A DNA stretch of 64,000 bases from an uncultured Enterobacteriaceae bacterium (GTDB lineage: Bacteria; Pseudomonadota; Gammaproteobacteria; Burkholderiales; SG8-39): positions 6,015 to 70,014 of the forward strand of contig CAZKHE010000004.1 of assembly GCA_964552535.1 (NCBI GenBank), read 5' to 3'. The translations under genes and the position numbers were made by a program. This document shows, piece after piece, positions 47,347-56,450 of the stretch (position 1 is the stretch's first letter; each line of letters starts with the position of its first letter). Under the pieces are notes generated by a model. It was not told where the DNA came from. It was given only the letters and a program-made list of their open reading frames with translations, and ran no database searches.

Positions 47347-48663
47347 ATGGACCAGTTGCAGGTCGGCATCGCCGGATGCGTGGTGTTCCTGGCGCTGACG
47401 CTGTGGCGCGTGCCGATCGCCTATGCCATGACGATCGTGGGCATCGGCGGACTGTTGCTGGTGTATCCGGTGGAGGCGGCGTTCAAGTTCCTCACCACCG
47501 GCCTCTTCAGCTACACCTCCAACTTCACGCTCGCCGCGCTGCCGCTGTTCATCCTGATGGGCAGCCTCGCGTTCTTCGCCAATCTCGGACGCGACGCGTA
47601 CGATGCGGCGAAGGCCTGGTTCGGCCGCGTGCCGGGCGGGCTCGCCGTCGCCACGGTGTACTCCTCGGCGATCTTCGGCGCGTGCTCCGGATCGAGCCTT
47701 TCCACCGTCGCCGTGTTCTCGAAAATCGCCGTCCCGGAGATGAAGCGGGCCGGCTACAGCACGCGGCTCGCCACCGGCGTGGTGGCCTCCGCAGGGTGCC
47801 TGGACGCGCTCATTCCACCGAGCATCCTGCTCGTGTTCTACGGCGTGCTGACCGAGACCTCCATCGGACAGTTGCTGGTCGCGGGCGTCATGCCGGGCAT
47901 CCTGTACGCGGTCATCATGGCCACGGCCATCAGCCTGTATGCGTGGCTGCGGCCCGGCGCCGCCCCGCGCGTGGCGACCGTGGATACCTCGTGGACGACG
48001 CGCATCCAGACCGCCAGGAAGCTGTGGGCGCCCGCGGTGCTCTTCCTGCTCGTACTCGGGTCGATCTACGCGGGATGGGCCACGCCCGACGAGGCGGCTG
48101 CGGTCGGCGTCGTCGGCACGCTGGTGGTGGTGTTCCTGCGCAAGGAGTTCGACTGGCAAACCGCCAAGCGGGCAGCGGTGGAGAGCGCGCAGGTCTCCGC
48201 CATGATCTTCCTGCTGCTCGGGGCGGGGTCGATCTTCTCCACCTTCCTCTCCACCACCGGCGTGGTCTCCACGGTCACCTCGGCGGTGACCTCGCTCGAT
48301 CTGCCGTTCTGGGCGCTGATGCTGGCGATCGTCCTCCTCTACCTCTTCCTCGGCGCATTCCTCGACGCGATCTCGATGATGGTGCTCACCATGCCGCTGG
48401 TCGCCCCGCTGATCGTCGATGCCGACGCGAGCCTCGTGTGGTTCGGCGTCATCGTGACCATGATGATGGCCATCGGCGCGATCACGCCGCCGCTCGGGCT
48501 GAACTGCTTCGTGATGAAGGGTGCCCTCGGCGACCAGGCCGAGCTGCGCGACATCTTCCAGGGCGCGCTGCCGTTCGTCGGGCTGATGCTCTTCACCGTC
48601 GGCATCCTGATCGCTTTCCCGGAGATCTCGCTGTGGCTGCCAGAGCTGATGCGCAGTCGCTGA
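47347..48663 (+). CDS. dctM: TRAP transporter large permease (DctM family), second system
   Basis: 438 aa and polytopic, with LMGSLAFF, IPPSILLVFYGVLTETSIGQL and ITPPLGLNCFV. Confidence 0.9.
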   Translation: MDQLQVGIAGCVVFLALTLWRVPIAYAMTIVGIGGLLLVYPVEAAFKFLTTGLFSYTSNFTLAALPLFILMGSLAFFANLGRDAYDAAKAWFGRVPGGLAVATVYSSAIFGACSGSSLSTVAVFSKIAVPEMKRAGYSTRLATGVVASAGCLDALIPPSILLVFYGVLTETSIGQLLVAGVMPGILYAVIMATAISLYAWLRPGAAPRVATVDTSWTTRIQTARKLWAPAVLFLLVLGSIYAGWATPDEAAAVGVVGTLVVVFLRKEFDWQTAKRAAVESAQVSAMIFLLLGAGSIFSTFLSTTGVVSTVTSAVTSLDLPFWALMLAIVLLYLFLGAFLDAISMMVLTMPLVAPLIVDADASLVWFGVIVTMMMAIGAITPPLGLNCFVMKGALGDQAELRDIFQGALPFVGLMLFTVGILIAFPEISLWLPELMRSR

Positions 48664-48707
48664 TCGCAAGCCGCTGACCGCGCATCCGCTGACCCAAGGA
48701 GCTGACG

Positions 48708-49235
48708 ATGATCGAGAACCTCATCTTCGCGTACGAGAAGCTCTACCGGCGCTGGATCCCGCTCCTCATCGGCCTGCCGCTGGTGATCATGACCGTGGTC
48801 GTGTTCCTCAACGCCCTGGGGCGGAAGCTGCTCGCGCCGTTCCCCGGCACCGTCGAGCTCGTCGAGGCACTGCTGGTGGTCTCGGTGTACTTCGGCGTCG
48901 CGCTGGTGGCGCAGGAGCGTGGTCACGTGAACGTCACGTTCGCCACCGACGCGCTCGGCTACCGGAAGCGATACTTCATCGAAGGGCTCGGTCACGTGCT
49001 TGCCGCGTGCGCGTTCGGCTATCTCGCCGTCGCCGCGTGGTTCGCGGCCGCGGACTCGGTGCGCATCTGGGAGTACCGGCTGGCGGTCTACCGATTCCCG
49101 CTCTGGCCTTTCAAGTGCCTGTTCGCGCTGGGGCTCTCGCTGCTCGCGCTGCAGCTGGTGGTGAACGCCGTCAAGGACTTCCACTTCGCCGCGGGGCGCA
49201 AGGCCTACGCCGGCTCCTACCCGGTCGGCGCCTGA
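48708..49235 (+). CDS. dctQ: TRAP transporter small permease (DctQ family), second system
   Basis: 175 aa with four TM segments. It lies downstream of dctM, which reverses the usual Q-M order. Confidence 0.8.
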   Translation: MIENLIFAYEKLYRRWIPLLIGLPLVIMTVVVFLNALGRKLLAPFPGTVELVEALLVVSVYFGVALVAQERGHVNVTFATDALGYRKRYFIEGLGHVLAACAFGYLAVAAWFAAADSVRIWEYRLAVYRFPLWPFKCLFALGLSLLALQLVVNAVKDFHFAAGRKAYAGSYPVGA

Positions 49236-49245
49236 TGCGATAAAA

Positions 49246-49276
49246 CATGCCCCGACGCTAGCCGCGGCGGGGCATG
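49246..49276. terminator. hairpin CATGCCCCG-(13 nt)-CGGGGCATG between convergent dctQ and dctP
   Basis: 9-bp perfect stem in a 55-bp convergent spacer. It is preceded by the A-rich gataaaa. Confidence 0.5.
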
Positions 49277-49290
49277 CGCGAGAACGGCGA

Positions 49291-50358
49291 TTACTTCCGC
49301 TCGGCTTCGAACTTCTTGCGCGCGTTCTGGAAGTGCGTCCAGACGGCGCGCACGTTGCGGTGGCCGTCGGACTCCTGCTTCTTGAACATCGCCTCGTTGG
49401 CCGCATTGGCCGCCTCGACGAGAATCTTCTCGTCCTCGGGCGAGGAGCTCTGGAACGTGGCCTTGTGCTTGTTGATCCACTCCGTACGGATCGTGGCTTC
49501 GTCGTCCATCAGGGTCTGGCCGTAGCGCACCGCGTACTCGGCGCGCAGATCCATCAGCATCTTCTGGGTGTCGGGCGGCAGCTCGCGGAACTTCTTGCCC
49601 GTCATGAAGAAGCCCGAGGCGAGCGCGCCGCCGTTGCCCTTGAATCCCGGCGGGTTCGCCATGTGCACGTGCCGCGCGACCTCGAACAGCTTGAACGCGT
49701 TGGAGAGCAGCAGCGCCATGTCGCCGAGCGCATCCACGGTCCCGCGCTCGATCGCCTGGTACATCTCGGGGAACGTCATGAAGATCGGGTTCGCCCCGAG
49801 CGCCTGGTAGAACTGCACGCGCACGCCGCCGTAGGTACGCAGCGACTTTCCCTTGAGGTCGCGGATCGACTTCAGCGGCTGCTTGGTGCCCACCGGCGCG
49901 TGCCCGCTGATGTGCGACATGAGATAGACGAGATCCTCCTTGGCGAGCTCGGCCTTGAGGTCCGGCTGGTTCTCCATCGTATCGATCGCCGCACGGATCG
50001 CCGCGACGTAGTCGTCGCCGAAGTTGAACACGTTGTCGAGCATCATGTAGTTGGGGAACTTCGCCGGGTAGTAGGTGCTGCTGACCCAGGCGAGATCCGC
50101 GATGCCCGACTGGATCCCGGGCAGCGCATCCGCCCACTTCACCAGCGAGTCCGACCAGAAGTACTGGACCTTGATGCGTCCGCCCGATCGCTTCTCGACT
50201 TCGCCGCCCCACCACTTGTGCATCTGGCCGAACCACGATCGCTCGCCGACCGGGATCGCCATCTTCCACGTCTGCGGCTTGAGCTCCTGCGCGAACAGCG
50301 GGCGCGCTGCCAGAGCGAGACCGCCGGCCGCCATTGCCTTCAGCACCTTTCTTCTCAT
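49291..50358 (-). CDS. dctP: TRAP transporter substrate-binding protein (DctP family), second system
   Basis: ATG 50358 has the RBS AGGAGGAGAC. The signal peptide is MRRKVLKAMAAGGLALAARPLFAQ. The gene lies 31 nt downstream of CocE paralog 2 on the same strand. The rest of track ORF 49291..50859 is an artefact. Confidence 0.85.
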   Translation of the reverse strand: MRRKVLKAMAAGGLALAARPLFAQELKPQTWKMAIPVGERSWFGQMHKWWGGEVEKRSGGRIKVQYFWSDSLVKWADALPGIQSGIADLAWVSSTYYPAKFPNYMMLDNVFNFGDDYVAAIRAAIDTMENQPDLKAELAKEDLVYLMSHISGHAPVGTKQPLKSIRDLKGKSLRTYGGVRVQFYQALGANPIFMTFPEMYQAIERGTVDALGDMALLLSNAFKLFEVARHVHMANPPGFKGNGGALASGFFMTGKKFRELPPDTQKMLMDLRAEYAVRYGQTLMDDEATIRTEWINKHKATFQSSSPEDEKILVEAANAANEAMFKKQESDGHRNVRAVWTHFQNARKKFEAERK

Positions 50359-50389
50359 GCTCGTCTCCTCCTGGTGATAGACCGATGGA

Positions 50390-52132
50390 CTACTTGGCTG
50401 GGATGACGGGCAGCAGCACGTAGGGCGCCTTGTCGGGCGCGAAGTGCAGGGTGTTGCGTCCGCCGAAGATCGCCTTGGGGCGGTCGCGGGGGTCATCGTG
50501 CAGGAACGGCCCGCAGCCGCGCAACTCGTTCTTGAAGTTCGAGAGCTTCGCCCCGGTGGAGCTCTGCCACTCGTAGTCGCGCCCGCGCACGGTGAGGGCC
50601 ACGCGATACCCCTTGGGCACCACGATCGAGGTCGGCCACAGCTCGATGTCGAGCTCGACCGGCTGGCCCGGGGTGAGGGGCTGCTTCTCGTCGTGGGTGT
50701 GATACGGGCGCCACGGCGTGGAGAGCTTCGGATCGAGCTTGCGGTGCGAGGCGCGCAGCCAGCCTTGGGCGATGGGCGTGTGCGGATCGATCGCGCCCAG
50801 GAAGGTGACCTCGCGCAGATCGGGCGAGAACACCCGGAACACCAGGAAGAGATCCGCATCGACCGTGGAGGACGACACCCACAGCTTGGCCGAGAACGGT
50901 CCGGTGAGCTCGGTATCCGTTTCCATCGCCGGCGACAGGAACGTCACGCCGTCACCCAGCGCCTCGTACTCGATGGTCGCCGTGCCCTTGGGCGCATCGC
51001 GGCCCAGCGTCTGGTCGGCCGGCTGCAGGTACATCTTGGTCCACTGCGTGCGCGCAATCGGCCACTCGTTCTCGCCGCGCTCGACGAACTTGTCGATGTG
51101 GCGCACCTGCAGCAGCACGCGCGGCTGCTTCTCCCAGTCGCCGCGCTCGCCCTTGAGGAAGTGGGCGAAGAAGCGTTTCTGCAGCGCCACGCCGTAGTCG
51201 GTGTAGAAGTGCGTCCAGTGCTCCAGGCCGTGGGCCTCGAGCCACTTCTCCTTGCTGGCGGCGCGGTAGAAGCCCTCGTAGTTGCCGCGCGGATGCAGCC
51301 CCTGGCCGCCCCAGTTGGCAGCGGAGAGGAAAGGCGTGACGATCTTCTCCCACACCGGCGAGCGCGCCTTGTGGTGGTCGTCGTCGAGCGGATGAGCGAG
51401 GATCACGTCGCCCAGCTCGGCGCGATTCTCGTAGAGCTGCTGGTCCGACAGGGTTTCGTCGCCGCACACGAGCTCGCCGGTGACGCGGCTTCTCGGACCG
51501 CGCTCGCCCCGGCCGTACTGCACCGTCTTCACCTGCATGTCGTACCAGTTGGCGAGGAACGTGCAGTAGATGCCGCCGTGATAGCAGAACTCTCGGTAGA
51601 AATCGGCCGCGCCTTCCCAGATGCACATGGCGGCAAGGTGCGGCGGCTGCAGCGAGGCGACGTGCCACTGGTTGCTGCCGTAATACGAAATGCCGTTCAG
51701 GCCCACCTTGCCGTTGGACCAGGGCTGCACGCCCGCCCACTCGATGCACTCGTAGAAGTCGCGCGTCTCGCGGGGCGAATAGTGGTCGATGTAGCCGGGA
51801 GAACGGCCGCAGCCGCGCGAATCGACACGCACGCACACGTACCCGTCCGGGACCCACTTCTCCGGGTCCACCACCTCCCAGTTCTGATACTTGTTCGTGG
51901 ATCCGGCCGGGACGTCGGGGTGATCGCGGATCATGTTGGTCCAGGCGCTCGGATAGCCGTCCTGGAATGCGAGGCCCTTGGCGTAGGGCCCGTAGCTGAG
52001 GATCACCGGGTACTTGCCCTCTGCGATCGGGCGGAAGACGTCGGCGCGGAGGACGATACCGTCGTCCATCCGGATCGCCACGTCCCAGTCGATGCGCATC
52101 CCGTCGCGCACCTCGGCCCTGGTGTCGGACAT
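50390..52132 (-). CDS. CocE/NonD-family serine hydrolase, paralog 2
   Basis: ATG 52132 gives MSDTRAEVRDGMRIDWDVAI. The product is 580 aa, with no indels relative to paralog 1 and the same GLNGISYYG motif. Confidence 0.88.
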   Translation of the reverse strand: MSDTRAEVRDGMRIDWDVAIRMDDGIVLRADVFRPIAEGKYPVILSYGPYAKGLAFQDGYPSAWTNMIRDHPDVPAGSTNKYQNWEVVDPEKWVPDGYVCVRVDSRGCGRSPGYIDHYSPRETRDFYECIEWAGVQPWSNGKVGLNGISYYGSNQWHVASLQPPHLAAMCIWEGAADFYREFCYHGGIYCTFLANWYDMQVKTVQYGRGERGPRSRVTGELVCGDETLSDQQLYENRAELGDVILAHPLDDDHHKARSPVWEKIVTPFLSAANWGGQGLHPRGNYEGFYRAASKEKWLEAHGLEHWTHFYTDYGVALQKRFFAHFLKGERGDWEKQPRVLLQVRHIDKFVERGENEWPIARTQWTKMYLQPADQTLGRDAPKGTATIEYEALGDGVTFLSPAMETDTELTGPFSAKLWVSSSTVDADLFLVFRVFSPDLREVTFLGAIDPHTPIAQGWLRASHRKLDPKLSTPWRPYHTHDEKQPLTPGQPVELDIELWPTSIVVPKGYRVALTVRGRDYEWQSSTGAKLSNFKNELRGCGPFLHDDPRDRPKAIFGGRNTLHFAPDKAPYVLLPVIPAK

Positions 52133-52216
52133 GAGCCACCTCCTTCGGCGCGCCCCTTGATTATCGGTTGCTGAACTGAGCGAGTGCTGAGCGGCGGTGC
52201 TGCAGCGGGCGCGCGA

Positions 52217-52294
52217 AAAGTCTAGGAGCGGTGTGCGCGGGAGGGCCAATACAATTTCGGCATGCCTGCCATAGCGCGCCTCGGCTCTTGTTCA
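52217..52294. promoter_or_regulatory. conserved control region, copy 2 (AAAGTCTAGGAG.., GGGCCAATACAATTTCGGCATG, CATAGCGCGCC, CTTGTTCAC); box ATAC-N7-GCAT at 52249-52263
   Basis: Homologous to 47137-47212. It also lies in a divergent spacer, between CocE-2 and the oxidoreductase at 52380. Confidence 0.6.
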
Positions 52295-52379
52295 CGACTC
52301 CCATGCGGGCTAGAGTGATTATCGGCAGATCAATTCCGGCCCGAGTCGCCGGATGCACACGACACCTAGGAGAAACGTG

Positions 52380-53261
52380 ATGAAGATCGGACTCGCAGGA
52401 ACCGGGCGCATGGGCGCGGCCATCGTGCAGCGCCTGATCGACCAGGGGCACACCCTCACCGTCTGGAATCGCACCCGGGACAAGGCGGCGGCGCTGGAAT
52501 CCAAGGGTGCCCGGGTCGCCGCGACGCCGGCGGAGCTCGCCGCGGCCTCCGAGGCCATCGTCACCATCCTGACGAACGCGGCGGCGATCGACGCCACCTA
52601 CAACGGCCCGGACGGGCTGCTTTCGGGCGACGTGAAGGGCAAGCTCTTCATCGAGATGAGCACGGTGCGCCCCGAGACGCAGAAGGCGCTGGCGATGAAG
52701 GCGAAGGGCAAGGGCGCGGCCATCGTCGAGTGCCCGGTCGGCGGCACGATCGGCCCGGCGCGCGACGGCAAGCTGCTCGGCTTCGCCGGGGGCGACGACG
52801 CCGACTTCGCGCGCGCCAAGCCGCTGCTCGACCAGATGTGCCGGCGCGTCGAGCACATGGGGCCGTCCGGCGCCGGTGCGGCGATGAAGCTCGCCATCAA
52901 CCTGCCGCTGCTGGTGTTCTGGCAGTCCTTCGGCGAGGCGATGTCGCTGCTGAAGCCGCTCGGCATTCCGCCGGAGCGGCTGGTGGACATCTTCTCGGAT
53001 TCCTCCGGCGGCCCGAACGTGCTCAAGGCGCGCGGCGCCGCGCTGGCGAAAGCGCTTGCCGGCGAATCCACCGGCCCCACCACGTTCAACATCGACTCCA
53101 TCCGCAAGGATCTCGCCACGATGATCGAGGAGGCGCAGGCCCTGGGCTACGACACCCCGGTCACCAAGCAGGCGCTGGCCGCGTTCGACAAGGCGTCGGC
53201 CGAAGGCCACGGCGACGGAGACGGTGTGACGCTCCCGGCGCTGTGGCTGAAGCGCCGCTAG
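52380..53261 (+). CDS. NAD(P)-dependent oxidoreductase, 3-hydroxyisobutyrate dehydrogenase family
   Basis: ATG 52380 is preceded by the RBS AGGAGA. It has the Rossmann motif MKIGLAGTGRMGAAIVQRL. Confidence 0.87.
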   Translation: MKIGLAGTGRMGAAIVQRLIDQGHTLTVWNRTRDKAAALESKGARVAATPAELAAASEAIVTILTNAAAIDATYNGPDGLLSGDVKGKLFIEMSTVRPETQKALAMKAKGKGAAIVECPVGGTIGPARDGKLLGFAGGDDADFARAKPLLDQMCRRVEHMGPSGAGAAMKLAINLPLLVFWQSFGEAMSLLKPLGIPPERLVDIFSDSSGGPNVLKARGAALAKALAGESTGPTTFNIDSIRKDLATMIEEAQALGYDTPVTKQALAAFDKASAEGHGDGDGVTLPALWLKRR

Positions 53262-53275
53262 GACGAGGGTTCGGC

Positions 53276-54136
53276 GTGGCGCGCTTCGACTTCTCCGCCA
53301 TCGGCCCGTTCCGGCACGAGACGGTGCGCGCGTCCGACTGCGCGCTGCACGCGGTGCGCGGCGGTCGCGGCGACCCGCTGGTGCTGCTCTCCGGCTGGCC
53401 GCAGTCGCTCTACTCCTGGCACAAGGTCATCGGGCCCCTCGCCGCGCGCTACGAGGTCATCGCGCTCGACCTGCCGGGCCTCGGCGACTCGGAGAAGCCG
53501 CAGGAGGGCTACGACGGTGCCTCGATCGCGCGGCGCGTGCACGAGGCGCTCGCGTCGCTCGGCCTCACCTCGTTCTTCCTCGTCACGCACGACATCGGCA
53601 CCTGGGTCTCCTTTCCCTTCGCCCACGAGTATGGCGCGACGGTGCGCAAGCTCGTGATGATGGATGCCGCCATACCGGGCCTCTACGCACCGCCGCCGGA
53701 CCCGAAGCTGTGGCACTTCGGATTCAACCAGCAGCGCGGCCTCGGCGAAGCGCTGACCGCGGGCCGCGAGCGCATCTTCCTGAACTGGTTCTTCCGCAAC
53801 CGGTCGGTGGTGACCGACGCGATCGGCGAGCGCGACCTCGACGAGTACGAGCGCGTCTACGCCGCGCCCGGCGCGATGGCGGCGAGCTTCGAGTTTTACC
53901 GCCAGATGCCGGTCACCGCGCAGCAGAACCAGGCCTACGCCGCGCGCGGCAAGCTCGACGTGCCGGTGCTCGTGCTGGGCTCGGATACGCCGCTCGGCCC
54001 GGTGATGGTCGAAGGCGTGAAGAAGCTCTGCACGCGCGTCACCGGCAAGGTGATCGCCGGCGGCGGCCACTATCTCCCCGAGGAGAAGCCCGACGAGGTG
54101 CTGGCCGAGGTATTGGCGTTCCTCGGCACACCCTGA
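53276..54136 (+). CDS. alpha/beta hydrolase (epoxide hydrolase/haloalkane dehalogenase-like, Asp nucleophile)
   Basis: GTG 53276 is the start. It has LLSGWPQSLYSW (HGxP-like oxyanion motif), the nucleophile block LVTHDIGTWV and a C-terminal GGHYLPEE. The upstream part of track ORF 52730..54136 is an artefact. Confidence 0.82.
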   Translation: MARFDFSAIGPFRHETVRASDCALHAVRGGRGDPLVLLSGWPQSLYSWHKVIGPLAARYEVIALDLPGLGDSEKPQEGYDGASIARRVHEALASLGLTSFFLVTHDIGTWVSFPFAHEYGATVRKLVMMDAAIPGLYAPPPDPKLWHFGFNQQRGLGEALTAGRERIFLNWFFRNRSVVTDAIGERDLDEYERVYAAPGAMAASFEFYRQMPVTAQQNQAYAARGKLDVPVLVLGSDTPLGPVMVEGVKKLCTRVTGKVIAGGGHYLPEEKPDEVLAEVLAFLGTP

Positions 54137-54163
54137 CCGCGCCCCTTCCCCCTGCGCGTCCGG

Positions 54164-54781
54164 TCAGCGCAACGCCAATGCGCTGCCCTCGTCCGTCAGC
54201 TCGCCGGATCGCACCAGCGCGGCGATCGTGCGGTAAAGCGCCTCGTGGGTGACGCCGAGCGCGGCGGCGAGCTCCTTCCGCGTCGCGTCCAGCTCGAACC
54301 GTCCATCGGTGCCCTCCGTCAGCAGCCAGTGGACCAGGCGCTCTCGTACGGACCGGAGCGCGAGGCGCTCCACGTTGGCGCGCTGGCGGCGGATCTCGCT
54401 CGCCTGCATCGTGATCCAGGCCCAGCGCATGCGCCGGTCCCCGTCGATCGCGCGCCGCAGTGACTCGACCGGGAGCGCGACGAGGTCCGTGGGGGTCCTG
54501 CAGTAGGCGTCGCAATGGTAGCGGTCACTCGTGAGGCTCGCCTCGGCCAGGAATCCGCAGCTCGCCCGCTGCAGGACGAGCGAGCGACCGTGCCGGTCGG
54601 TGCGGCTCATGACGGCCTCGCCGCTTGCGACGAAGAAGAGCCGTGTGGGGCGCTCCCCGGTCAGAAAGATCGCCGCGCCAGCCGGCTTCCGGAGATAGCG
54701 GGCGGCAGCTCGCACGTCCGGGCCGAAGGTGTCCAGCGGCGGGAGCCGCCAGGGGTCGACGGGGAAAACAGGGGCGGCCAT
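54164..54781 (-). CDS. Crp/Fnr-family transcriptional regulator
   Basis: Has a cNMP-binding-like beta-roll (IFLTGERPTRLFFVASGEAVMSR) and a C-terminal HTH (TRKELAAALGVTHEALYRTIAAL). The start is uncertain: ATG 54781 was chosen, and the track ORF extends to 54997. Confidence 0.8.
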   Translation of the reverse strand: MAAPVFPVDPWRLPPLDTFGPDVRAAARYLRKPAGAAIFLTGERPTRLFFVASGEAVMSRTDRHGRSLVLQRASCGFLAEASLTSDRYHCDAYCRTPTDLVALPVESLRRAIDGDRRMRWAWITMQASEIRRQRANVERLALRSVRERLVHWLLTEGTDGRFELDATRKELAAALGVTHEALYRTIAALVRSGELTDEGSALALR

Positions 54782-54793
54782 GACGACTCGGGG

Positions 54794-54809
54794 TATGACT
54801 GCAATCATA
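54794..54809. promoter_or_regulatory. TATGA-N6-TCATA inverted repeat (CRP-type box geometry) in divergent promoter
   Basis: gg-TATGA-ctgcaa-TCATA-tcc sits in an AT-rich patch within the 85-bp spacer between the Crp-family gene and the acetolactate-decarboxylase-like gene. Compare the CRP consensus TGTGA-N6-TCACA. Confidence 0.45.
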
Positions 54810-54866
54810 TCCACCCGGACGGCGCTTCGATAGCCTGCCGCGGTCGTCCTCCCGGAGTCGTCGTGC

Positions 54867-55604
54867 ATGAACCGTTCATCCCGCATCGTTCGCCTGGCGG
54901 CCGTCGCCGTCGGCGTGCTCGCGTCACTCGCCCTCGCGCAAGCTGCGCGGCCCGTACAGATCGAGGCATTCGGGAACTTCAAGCGGCTCGCGCACACTGG
55001 CGACGCGAGCGCTCAACTCGCCCTGAGCGCAGTGCCGGCGACCGCCGGAACGTATGCCGTGGGCGCCCTTGCCGACCTGCGCGGCGAGATCATCGTTTGG
55101 GACGGCAGGCTGCTGGTGACTCGCGGGCACTCCAGCGAAGGCCGGACCGAAGCGCCGGCAGCCAACGATGCCGCCACGCTGCTCGCGCTCGCGCGGGCGA
55201 CCGCATGGGAGGACGTCCCCGTGCCTGCGGACTTGACACAGCCGGAGTTCGAGGCTTTCGTCGTGAGGGAGGCGTCGCGCCGCGGTTTGGATGCGGCGAC
55301 GCCGTTTCCATTCCTGGTGCACGGCCACTTCCCCGCGCTCGTCTGGCACGTCCTGACCGGTGCGCCGGGTGCCGGGCACGGCAAAGTCCACGGTCAGGGT
55401 CATGCCGCGAATCGCGTGTTCGAGGAGCGCGACGCGGCGGGGATGTTCGTGGGCTTCTACTCGGGCGACGCGCTTGAAGGCGTGATCTCCCACCCGGGCG
55501 AACGCTTCCACCTGCACTACACCACGCGGGACTTTGGCCGCTCGGGTCACGTGGACCGGTACGTGGTCGCGCGCGGAGCGGTGCTCTCGCTTCCCTTGCG
55601 CTGA
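54867..55604 (+). CDS. alpha-acetolactate decarboxylase-family protein with N-terminal signal peptide
   Basis: 245 aa. The signal peptide is MNRSSRIVRLAAVAVGVLASLALAQA. AlsD-like blocks are GTYAVGALADLRGEIIVWDGRLL and GMFVGFYSGDALEGVISHPGERFHLHY..GHV. Confidence 0.7.
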   Translation: MNRSSRIVRLAAVAVGVLASLALAQAARPVQIEAFGNFKRLAHTGDASAQLALSAVPATAGTYAVGALADLRGEIIVWDGRLLVTRGHSSEGRTEAPAANDAATLLALARATAWEDVPVPADLTQPEFEAFVVREASRRGLDAATPFPFLVHGHFPALVWHVLTGAPGAGHGKVHGQGHAANRVFEERDAAGMFVGFYSGDALEGVISHPGERFHLHYTTRDFGRSGHVDRYVVARGAVLSLPLR

Positions 55605-55608
55605 GTCC

Positions 55609-56436
55609 CTAGAGCTTCTCCGTCTCGCCCGAGCGCGGCTGCCACTTCATCAGCCGCCGCTCCGCCAGGCCCACCACCCAGTCGAGGAACAGGGCGAACG
55701 CCGTGAGCACGAGGATGCCGGCCATCACCGTGTTGATGTCGAACGTGCCCTCGGCCTGCAGGATCAGGTAGCCGACGCCGCGCGCCGAGCCGAGGTATTC
55801 GCCGACGACCGCGCCGACGAACGCGAGGCCGACCGAGGTGTGCAGCGACGAGAACACCCAGCTCGTCGCGCTCGGCAAGTACACGTGGCGCAGCAGCTGG
55901 CGCTGGTTGGCGCCGAGCATCCGCGCGTTCGCCAGCACCGTCGGGCTGACTTCCTTCACGCCCTGGTACACGTTGAAGAACACGATGAAGAAGACCAGCG
56001 TGAAGCCGAGGGCGACCTTGGAGGCGATGCCGAGCCCGAACCACACCGCGAAGATCGGCGCGAGGATCACGCGCGGCATGGAGTTGGCCGCCTTGATGTA
56101 GGGGTCGAGGATGCTCGCCGCCACGGGCGCGAGCGCCAGCCACATCCCGACGGCGAGTCCCGCGACCGTCCCGATGACGAACGCCAGCACGGTCTCGAGC
56201 AGCGTGACCCAGAGGTGGCCGTAGATGTCGGCGTCGGTGATGAACCAGCGCCAGATGCGCTCCAGGATCTTCAGCGGCTCGCCGAAGAAGAACGCCGCCT
56301 GCCGGTCGTTCTCGAAGAAGATCGGCGGAATCAGCCCGGGCTCGGTCATTGCGTACCAGAGGCCGAAGAGCGCCACCAGGACCAGCGCCTGCCAGACGCG
56401 GATGTTGCGCGGATTCGGCTTGATGGCGGCCCACAT
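55609..56436 (-). CDS. ABC transporter permease (NitT/TauT/SsuC family)
   Basis: 275 aa and polytopic, with the EAA-like region ANARMLGANQRQLLRHVYLPSA. Confidence 0.88.
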   Translation of the reverse strand: MWAAIKPNPRNIRVWQALVLVALFGLWYAMTEPGLIPPIFFENDRQAAFFFGEPLKILERIWRWFITDADIYGHLWVTLLETVLAFVIGTVAGLAVGMWLALAPVAASILDPYIKAANSMPRVILAPIFAVWFGLGIASKVALGFTLVFFIVFFNVYQGVKEVSPTVLANARMLGANQRQLLRHVYLPSATSWVFSSLHTSVGLAFVGAVVGEYLGSARGVGYLILQAEGTFDINTVMAGILVLTAFALFLDWVVGLAERRLMKWQPRSGETEKL

Positions 56437-56450
56437 CGGCGTTCGATCCT

